The notes below the pieces were generated by a model that searched no databases, was not told the origin of the DNA, and worked only from the letters and a program-made list of their open reading frames with translations. Shown here piece by piece: positions 55,418 through 62,455 of a stretch of DNA of 64,000 nucleotides. Source of the stretch: a virus; IMG/VR virus record IMGVR_UViG_3300013125_000003, positions 32,001-96,000 of that record; one strand, 5' to 3'. Within the stretch, counting starts at the first letter, position 1. The number at the start of each line of letters is the position of its first letter. The translations under genes and the position numbers were made by a program.

Positions 55418-56148
55418 TAAAGAATCCGATACTTTTTGCTTATTTTTGTTTCCGGAAAGTGTTTTATCGTGAATTTTACCCACCAGTCGATGACCTCTTT
55501 CATTTCCTCGGCCGTGATTAATCCGGAATCTTTGATTGGAGAAAGGTACGCTTCGAATTCAACGTCAGCCGGTATGCCCTTCTTGTCTGATGACAGTCTC
55601 ATTCCTGAAACCATCGCCGGTATTTCATCCGGTAAAAGAAAATACTTGTAAGAGGATTCCGATTCCTTTCGATTTTTGTCTACTTCAGAACCTGAATGGT
55701 GCGGTTGCTTGTTCTGCCCTTTCTGAAGAAGGTGTTCAAGCTCGTGTCTAACGCAATCCAAAAGACGGAAGTATAAAAGTTTGTGAGATTCTGGTTCTTT
55801 GGAAGGGTCGATGACTATGTTTACTTCTATTTCTGGGTCAGGCGCGTGGTCCTCGTAAAATATGTAGGATCTTGCGTCGATAGCGAAACCATTTTTACTA
55901 AAGTTTTGCTTTTCCCAAGGAACGCTGTAGAAAATTTTACTTTTGCTAGGTTCGAACGTTTTGCTTCTAGCAACTGTTATTGTCAGAGAAAATGTCGCAG
56001 GATCGACGTACTCAATAGTCCTAGCGATCCGGCCTTTGAAAGCTTCGGCTTTTTTGGACGTGATGAGTTTCATCAAAGTATTCGCGATTTCTTCCGAAAA
56101 GAAATCGTATTTTGACTCGTACACGAACCGCAAAAAATCCATTATCAT
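55417..56148 (-). CDS. Putative zincin-like metallopeptidase, putative virion protein
   Basis: HELEH (HExxH) with downstream Y....DEI.A; N-terminal IMDFLRFVYE leader. Confidence 0.6.
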   Translation of the reverse strand: MIMDFLRFVYESKYDFFSEEIANTLMKLITSKKAEAFKGRIARTIEYVDPATFSLTITVARSKTFEPSKSKIFYSVPWEKQNFSKNGFAIDARSYIFYEDHAPDPEIEVNIVIDPSKEPESHKLLYFRLLDCVRHELEHLLQKGQNKQPHHSGSEVDKNRKESESSYKYFLLPDEIPAMVSGMRLSSDKKGIPADVEFEAYLSPIKDSGLITAEEMKEVIDWWVKFTIKHFPETKISKKYRIL

Positions 56149-56717
56149 TTTTTCGATGATCTCAAGAACACAACGCTCAGATCGTCAGTAGATGGATTGT
56201 CAAATTCATTTTCTGAATCGAAAGTAACGTCAATCGGTCCCTTATCCGTTCCGAGAGTTCCGTCCATCACTTCTCTTTTGAAATCCGAGTAAACGTTTGA
56301 CGGCATCGGTCTCTTTCCGTTTAGCGCAGCTTTCACAAGTTCAGCATTTTCTTCGTCCTTGTGAGTGGTTAACCACTTTTCCAGCTCTTCCTGAGATACT
56401 TCGTAAACTGTGAATCTCTTAACTCCGCCTTCCTTATCGAACTCACCGTGCCATTTTTTCTGAGGAGCGTCCTGAATAAAAACAAAGCGCAATCCGGTTG
56501 GCTCAGTAGGAGCTGCTACTGGCGCGTTTGGATCAGGTGGTAAGGTTGAAGATCCTGCACCAAAATCTGCAGGAGGTGGAGGAGGAGGAGTCGTCGGTGG
56601 CGGTGGAGGAGTGTCTACCGCTGGAGAAGGAGGTGGAGGAGGAGCCCCAGCACCAAGTTCGTCCTGTTCAAGTATTAGTACGGATTTTCTAAATTCGTCA
56701 AAGCTGAGAATGTCCAT
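56145..56717 (-). CDS. Pro-rich hypothetical protein, putative internal virion protein
   Basis: MDILSFDEF leader; late promoter GATAAATA at 56741-56748 (minus strand). Confidence 0.65.
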   Translation of the reverse strand: MDILSFDEFRKSVLILEQDELGAGAPPPPPSPAVDTPPPPPTTPPPPPPADFGAGSSTLPPDPNAPVAAPTEPTGLRFVFIQDAPQKKWHGEFDKEGGVKRFTVYEVSQEELEKWLTTHKDEENAELVKAALNGKRPMPSNVYSDFKREVMDGTLGTDKGPIDVTFDSENEFDNPSTDDLSVVFLRSSKK

Positions 56718-56748
56718 GGTAAACTGCCTTTTTCTGATACTATTTATC

Positions 56749-56778
56749 AAAAAAACGGGAAGGATTTCTCCTTCCCGT
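56749..56778 (-). terminator. Intrinsic terminator
   Basis: ACGGGAAGGA-GAAA-TCCTTCCCGT followed by a U-tract on the minus strand. Confidence 0.85.
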
Positions 56779-56903
56779 CTTAGGCCTAAGTATTCAAAAT
56801 CGGATATGAGTGCTAGGTTCTTGACGAAAGTTAAGCTTGAAAATGTTCTAAAATTGACTAGCTAGTTCGTCAACAAACTGGGTTTGTCTGAATGACTCAT
56901 ACC
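56749..56903 (-). ncRNA. Candidate structured late small RNA
   Basis: Bounded by a late promoter (56911-56918) and a terminator; several nested stems; only a 12-codon ORF. Confidence 0.35.
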
Positions 56904-56936
56904 TTTAGATTATTTATCTAAGGATGAGTCAGAATA

Positions 56937-58118
56937 TTAGATGTCAATGAAATCCAGTTTCAAGTTTTTGCGAATGGTGTCGACCCTGGTGATGGTGACG
57001 TTTCCGGTGTTAGGTATTCGGATCTTACCTTTAAGGTGACTTACGTCTGTCCTGAAAGTTGAATCCTCATCCGGCATGTCGACCTCAATGTGAAAGTCTG
57101 ACTTGTCGAGAACGTACCTTAGAGTCTTGCCCTCGATCCTGGTTTTGAAATCCTGCCATGCAAGCTTGTCCTCATCAACTTTGCTTAGAGTGTCTGTGAG
57201 AATTATTCGTGGCTCGCCTTTCTTGATGACTATGTCCTTTACATACACGTCAATTTCAGGGCCGGTTAAGGTAGAGCAGAACTTTTCGTAATCTGCGAAT
57301 TCCGTCTGGTGTAGAAGTCCAGTAAAGTAACCGTTGATTTCTACGAAGATGCCAAAAGCGTACGGATCGTTGGTCATCACGCCTGTGTACTTCTTGCCAA
57401 ATTCAAGTTCGTGAATTCTCTGAGGCAGCGTGTACTTAACGTACTTTTTATACGAAACAATGTACAGATCGTTCGCGGCATCGTAATTTTCGATCATGAC
57501 AGGAATTTCCTTGTTCAGGTACTCGTCAAAATCTTTTATCACGTTAGCAGCCGCGTGAGAACCCGGAAGGAAGCACTTGATGTTTCCTTTGTAGAGAGCA
57601 AGGTAACCACCCTTCACAAGGCTAACGATCTTCACGATGAACCATTTGTCGCCCTTCATGAAATCGTTTAGGTGTTCGCGGTGGGTCAGAGTAGCTGTCT
57701 GTTTCTCCGAACCGTAATAATCACCGGAGTTTGTTTTGGTGATGATCACTCTGAATTCGCGAGAAGACTCGTCATTCAAAAGTATCTCAGGATCCTCAGA
57801 GTATTCCCTGAAAGGAACGACCACGCTGGTCTTTGAGTACTTTTCCTCGGTCTGAATCATTTTATTAGTAAAATCGATCGTTTTTGCAACGACCACACAC
57901 ATCTGACCTTCAGAAAAGTCCTTCGACCCTATCTCGTTGGTGACGCAATTGTTCACGTAGAGATCGTATAGTTCCTGAGCATACGGCTCCTTGCAAAAGA
58001 TCTTAACTCGAGCTTTGCTGTCTCCGCTGATAAGGTTTAGGGTTTCGTTGAATTTTGTAGTCGGCTGGGTAAGAACGTCCGATCCAGGAACGGTGATGTC
58101 AACTAATTTTAAGCTCAT
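56937..58118 (-). CDS. Ribosomal protein bS1-like multi-S1-domain protein
   Basis: VKGGYLALYKGNIKCFLPGSH and FGIFVEINGYFTGLLHQTEF S1 domains. Likely ATG at 58118. Confidence 0.75.
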   Translation of the reverse strand: MSLKLVDITVPGSDVLTQPTTKFNETLNLISGDSKARVKIFCKEPYAQELYDLYVNNCVTNEIGSKDFSEGQMCVVVAKTIDFTNKMIQTEEKYSKTSVVVPFREYSEDPEILLNDESSREFRVIITKTNSGDYYGSEKQTATLTHREHLNDFMKGDKWFIVKIVSLVKGGYLALYKGNIKCFLPGSHAAANVIKDFDEYLNKEIPVMIENYDAANDLYIVSYKKYVKYTLPQRIHELEFGKKYTGVMTNDPYAFGIFVEINGYFTGLLHQTEFADYEKFCSTLTGPEIDVYVKDIVIKKGEPRIILTDTLSKVDEDKLAWQDFKTRIEGKTLRYVLDKSDFHIEVDMPDEDSTFRTDVSHLKGKIRIPNTGNVTITRVDTIRKNLKLDFIDI

Positions 58119-58148
58119 GTTTGCGTTATTAAAGGATAACTCTTTCTT

Positions 58149-58175
58149 ATTATACGGAGAACACACTCATGGTTT
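58149..58175 (-). promoter_or_regulatory. Bipartite promoter AAACC-N16-TATAAT
   Basis: Upstream of the bS1-like gene. Confidence 0.72.
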
Positions 58176-58193
58176 TTGTCAACCTCACTTTTT

Positions 58194-61100
58194 TTACATC
58201 ATGTGAGGAGTAATGTGATTTATCGGAAAAGTAGGAGAGTACGGCAAGACCGCTGGTGTTTTCGTTTGAAATATAAGAGAACCGGTTGCATAGATCGAAC
58301 CTCTCCAAGCTATCTCGTCCAAGAAAATCGCAAATAGCGGATTTTTGTGAGTCAACCTTTCCCAAGGTGGAAGATCGTCCATGTTCATGATCGGGTGGAT
58401 CAACCTTGCGCCGGCAACCGTTATGTAATTCGTTATCGGATTGCCTAATGCGCACAAAGCTAGAACGCCGATCCATGCTATCTGTTTCAGAACAGGTTCG
58501 ATAGCTTCTAAAGCAGGTATAATGGTCAGCTGAATGAGGTTGAACGCGTCTGGGCTTATTATTTTCAATTTTACCGAATTTGGAATGGCTGCGTCTATCG
58601 CAATTTTCGCCAGTTTCAATATCGTTATTAAAGGTAAAGCAGCTTCTATTATGTTGAAACTGTAACTGTTTAGAGATAGCGAAAGTTTAGATAGAAGGTC
58701 TACTACCGCTTTTAACGGAGCAACTATCATGTCAAAAACTGAATTCATGAGAGTTCTAATGAATTCGATTATGTCTGCGCCCGTTATGAGGTGGAAGTAG
58801 CCGTAAAGGTCAAGAGCAAGAAGAGGAAATGCTGCTAAGTTTACGATCGTGCCGTCTGACAAGCTTAGTGAAACTTTGAAAACCGGCGAATCAGTTGATG
58901 ATCTTTCACCGGTAGTTGGATCGGTGAACACGTACCTTTGTCCAACTGGCGTGTTTGTTTCGTCAACTGTGACGGAAACAGTAGTACCGAACCCACACGA
59001 AGCTGAAAATACTTGTTTGGCGGATTCCTTATCAGCCTCTGACACGCCAAACACACCTCGTTGGTCCTTCACCGGGACGGTCGGAGGATCGGCTAGTGGA
59101 ACCATTGAATCAGTAGATCCGCCTGCCTCTTCCTTAGCTTTTCGGTAAGCATCGGCTGCCTCATCTATAAGAGAAAAGGTTGCAGTTATTAGAGCAGCGA
59201 TAAGAGCTTTCAAAAGAGGTTTTAGAATTGGGTCTAGCGGAATAGTTATCGAGATTGACGGCGGTTGCAAAGGATTGAAAGCCTTCGGAATTGAGATTAA
59301 AGAGAGAATCGGAACCAAGAAAGCTTGGATCAAAAGAAGAAGGTTAGCTGGGTCAGGCAACGAAACGTTTGGTATCACGGAAATAAGACTGTCGAACAAT
59401 GTCGTCAAAAAAGATGATGCTACTTGCTTTCCAGATATTCCTAAAAATCCAATTATGCTGTCAACCGTCAACCCATCAATGATTGCTTGCATCAGAGCAG
59501 AAAGAACTGCGAATGCCATTGCTACTTCAGGCGGAACGCCAGAAAAAACTGGCTGCGACGAAATTTCGCAACACTTCTTTGAAAAATTGAACAAGGTTAT
59601 CTTCGGCGGGTTTAGAAGAGCAACCGCTGTAAAAGCTAAAGCGTCTCTAGCTAATTCCTGAAGGTTACGGTTAGCTATCATCATTTCCTTTGCTTCATCA
59701 TCGTCCTTCGCTTGAGAAAGATCGAAGTTTACCGGGTCGCCCTTTAAGTACTTTATCGTTTCCTGAACCATGTTGTTCAGCGAATCCTTTAGCTCATCCA
59801 GATCTTCCTGCAATTCCAAGTTAAACGACTGTTTGGTTACTGCCTCGTTCATGTTTATCTTGGCAACAGCTTTTTTCATCTGGGCGTTTAAACTCTTAGC
59901 ACTTTCCTCAACTTTAAAGTCACCTAAGGATGCCATAGTTATCAGGTCGATCACAGCTGTGATAGCTTCGGGTATTCCAGGATTGTTCTTCGTTGAATCC
60001 TTCGGAAAACGTATCGTTCCGAATTTTATGTTATCAATGTGCTTGTTAAAATCATCGACTGTTGAATTTATCTTCTGCTGTATCGTTATGGTGTTCAGTG
60101 CCCTAGCTGCTTTCTTATCTTTTCTCTTCTTGGCTAGGTTCTTTTCCGTTTCTGCTTCGGTAAGGGCTTCCGACCTAGCGTTTCTCTGTTCCTCGCGAAG
60201 ATTGTTCACCGACTCAGTTTGCATGTTGCCTAACTTATCAAGCTGCTTATTCAACGTGGCTTTAAGTCGATCTAACTGTCGGTCGAATTCTTTTGACGGA
60301 TCTGCATCCACGATGTTTTTCATCATCTCCGTCTCGCTTAAGTAATACTTTGAGTAATCTTCGCTACTCATGTCGAACGGAAGTTGTTCACCGTTTATGT
60401 TGGTGACGGTCGGTTGTTTTCCGCTCGCTATGTCGATCGCTAGTTTCGCGAGTCGAGTCGCTTTGGAAGATGCGGCAGATATCGCTAACGGCTGAGTGAA
60501 TGCACCCTTTATTGGGTAACCTTTGTAAGAATTACTAGGGTTCAGACCCAATGGGTTTTGAGAGTTCGAAGATGTGTCCAATTCGTACCCGAACACTAAG
60601 TTCTTAGTGTTGCTCCAAAGCAAAGGAATGTTTACCGCTAACGGCAAGTACTTCGTACCGTCCGGCGCAAAGTAAAACAAATAGATTGACGGCAGAGGGA
60701 TGCCTATTGGAGCGATAGGCATCGTTAGGAAACAGATCAGAGTGCCAACTGCTGTTGGTATTACAAACAGAGGTTTCCAGATAGGTGGTATGGTTAAAAG
60801 AACCAACGCTGGCCCTGCCGGAATAACGCAGTTAACTGGCCAGTACCTAAATCCCAAATTTGCAGGTGGAGGTCCGCTTAGATCCGGAAATGGTAAGAGG
60901 CAAATTTTGTTCAGAGCCTTTGCAAATTCCTTCCAGTAACACTGTGAACCTATGTCAGGTAAACCGAAGTTTATCTCTCCAAGCGTTCTAAGGTACAGCG
61001 GGTCAGTTCCTAGTTTTTTCTTAGTGTCTTCTTCACAACCTGGATCTGATTCTGGAACTATTGTTCCTGCTTTTGTGAAACACGGTATGCCAAGGATCTT

Positions 61101-62357
61101 CTTTTTAGTAGCTTCCTCATCCATGACATTTTCCTTGATGAGAGTGTCTAGCTTTTTTAGCTGATCATCGCAATCTGATATGAGCTGTTCCACCTCAGAC
61201 CTAGCATTGGCATAAAAAGTCAGTATGACGGTGCTCCCCATGTTTGGAGATTTTCTAAAGACGTCAGCTGCTTCCCGTATGGCTAAAGATTGGATAGCCT
61301 GACTGCTTGACTGAATGATGTTAGGATAAACTTCTTCCTTTTCCTTCTTTACTCGCTTAGGGTACTCATCTTTCAAGCTATCGTAAAAAGCTTCGTACGT
61401 CGCTTGGTTTTGAATGTAATAGGTTGTCTCTCCTTCACTTACCGTGGTCGGAGCGTCCTTTATTTCCTTTAGCTGAGGATCTATTAAGCTTTCGTCCACA
61501 GTCAACCCGCGTTCCTCCAATGTGAAAAGGTAGGATAATGGTTTAGCCATCTTTCTGTACAAGCCTGGGTAAATGTCAGGTGAATTTCCGTTGTACAAAA
61601 AGCCTGGCAGACTATCGTAATCTGATATTTCCTTTGGCGGATTGCTTGATTTGTTGGGATCGTAAGCATCCTGGTTAACTAAGCTAAAAATTCTCTTGAC
61701 TCCAAATAAATCCTTTGTGAGAAACGGACTGTCGAATATCTGAACGGTAGTTTCTACCAACTGGTTGGTTTCTGGGTCAGGCAGTTTTACTGTTACTCCG
61801 TTCAACCCGATGAGCCGAAGAGCAAACGTTGCTGCTCTGCTAGGAACGAATTGAGTCGCTTGGTTGGAAAAGTACGCGATCAGCTGACCAGTTATCTGAG
61901 TAGTTGTAGATTGAATGAGGTTAGCCGTTTCTGCGTCAGAGGTAGGAAGCGCTTCTATGGATTGTATCTTTTGGTTAGCTTTTGCTATGCCTTCTTTTAC
62001 TAAAGTGTCGATGACTTCTCCCAGGAACCTGTGTCTAGCTTCGTAGTAAATTTTGACCGTGTCTAAGTTGTCTCTAAGCTCCTGAACCTTTGCTCGTAGG
62101 ATCCCTTGCTTCATTCCGTCAAGCAGCTTTCCTTGCTGGTCCTCTAGCATCTTTTGAAGTTCCAAAATAGCAGACGGAAGACAATCCATCTGAGAGGTAT
62201 CTATGCTAAGGTCTGACGAGACGTCGATCGTTTCGATCGGTTTAACCTGGTCTATGCAAGCTTTTACTCGGTCGAACTCTTCGTCTGTGAATCCCAAGCT
62301 CGGAGCTGACCCACACCTTACCGCATCTATCAGGCTCTTGTAGTCAGAAAGTTCCAT
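58194..62357 (-). CDS. Large hypothetical protein with coiled coils and Pro-rich hydrophobic segments
   Basis: 1387-aa ORF; no family recognised. Confidence 0.7.
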   Translation of the reverse strand: MELSDYKSLIDAVRCGSAPSLGFTDEEFDRVKACIDQVKPIETIDVSSDLSIDTSQMDCLPSAILELQKMLEDQQGKLLDGMKQGILRAKVQELRDNLDTVKIYYEARHRFLGEVIDTLVKEGIAKANQKIQSIEALPTSDAETANLIQSTTTQITGQLIAYFSNQATQFVPSRAATFALRLIGLNGVTVKLPDPETNQLVETTVQIFDSPFLTKDLFGVKRIFSLVNQDAYDPNKSSNPPKEISDYDSLPGFLYNGNSPDIYPGLYRKMAKPLSYLFTLEERGLTVDESLIDPQLKEIKDAPTTVSEGETTYYIQNQATYEAFYDSLKDEYPKRVKKEKEEVYPNIIQSSSQAIQSLAIREAADVFRKSPNMGSTVILTFYANARSEVEQLISDCDDQLKKLDTLIKENVMDEEATKKKILGIPCFTKAGTIVPESDPGCEEDTKKKLGTDPLYLRTLGEINFGLPDIGSQCYWKEFAKALNKICLLPFPDLSGPPPANLGFRYWPVNCVIPAGPALVLLTIPPIWKPLFVIPTAVGTLICFLTMPIAPIGIPLPSIYLFYFAPDGTKYLPLAVNIPLLWSNTKNLVFGYELDTSSNSQNPLGLNPSNSYKGYPIKGAFTQPLAISAASSKATRLAKLAIDIASGKQPTVTNINGEQLPFDMSSEDYSKYYLSETEMMKNIVDADPSKEFDRQLDRLKATLNKQLDKLGNMQTESVNNLREEQRNARSEALTEAETEKNLAKKRKDKKAARALNTITIQQKINSTVDDFNKHIDNIKFGTIRFPKDSTKNNPGIPEAITAVIDLITMASLGDFKVEESAKSLNAQMKKAVAKINMNEAVTKQSFNLELQEDLDELKDSLNNMVQETIKYLKGDPVNFDLSQAKDDDEAKEMMIANRNLQELARDALAFTAVALLNPPKITLFNFSKKCCEISSQPVFSGVPPEVAMAFAVLSALMQAIIDGLTVDSIIGFLGISGKQVASSFLTTLFDSLISVIPNVSLPDPANLLLLIQAFLVPILSLISIPKAFNPLQPPSISITIPLDPILKPLLKALIAALITATFSLIDEAADAYRKAKEEAGGSTDSMVPLADPPTVPVKDQRGVFGVSEADKESAKQVFSASCGFGTTVSVTVDETNTPVGQRYVFTDPTTGERSSTDSPVFKVSLSLSDGTIVNLAAFPLLALDLYGYFHLITGADIIEFIRTLMNSVFDMIVAPLKAVVDLLSKLSLSLNSYSFNIIEAALPLITILKLAKIAIDAAIPNSVKLKIISPDAFNLIQLTIIPALEAIEPVLKQIAWIGVLALCALGNPITNYITVAGARLIHPIMNMDDLPPWERLTHKNPLFAIFLDEIAWRGSIYATGSLIFQTKTPAVLPYSPTFPINHITPHMM

Positions 62358-62396
62358 CCAGCAAAATATCGTTTATTTTATCTATCGATCGCCCCT

Positions 62397-62440
62397 AAAA
62401 AGCAAGTGCCTGGAACGGTTGCTCGCCCAGGCACTACTTG
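62397..62440 (-). terminator. Putative terminator after groEL
   Basis: AGTGCCTGG...CCAGGCACT stem with a U-tract on the minus strand. Confidence 0.55.
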
Positions 62441-62455
62441 TCGATGGCTGTTGAC

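Noticed and set aside
56145-56900. Read-through from ATG 56900 across a single TAG into the 56717 gene
   Set aside because: The frame is open, but a strong terminator and a separate late promoter intervene, and the extension does not look protein-like.
56780-56930. Hammerhead ribozyme or tRNA in the structured intergenic region
   Set aside because: No CUGANGA core paired with GAAA, and no cloverleaf or T-loop GTTCRA context.
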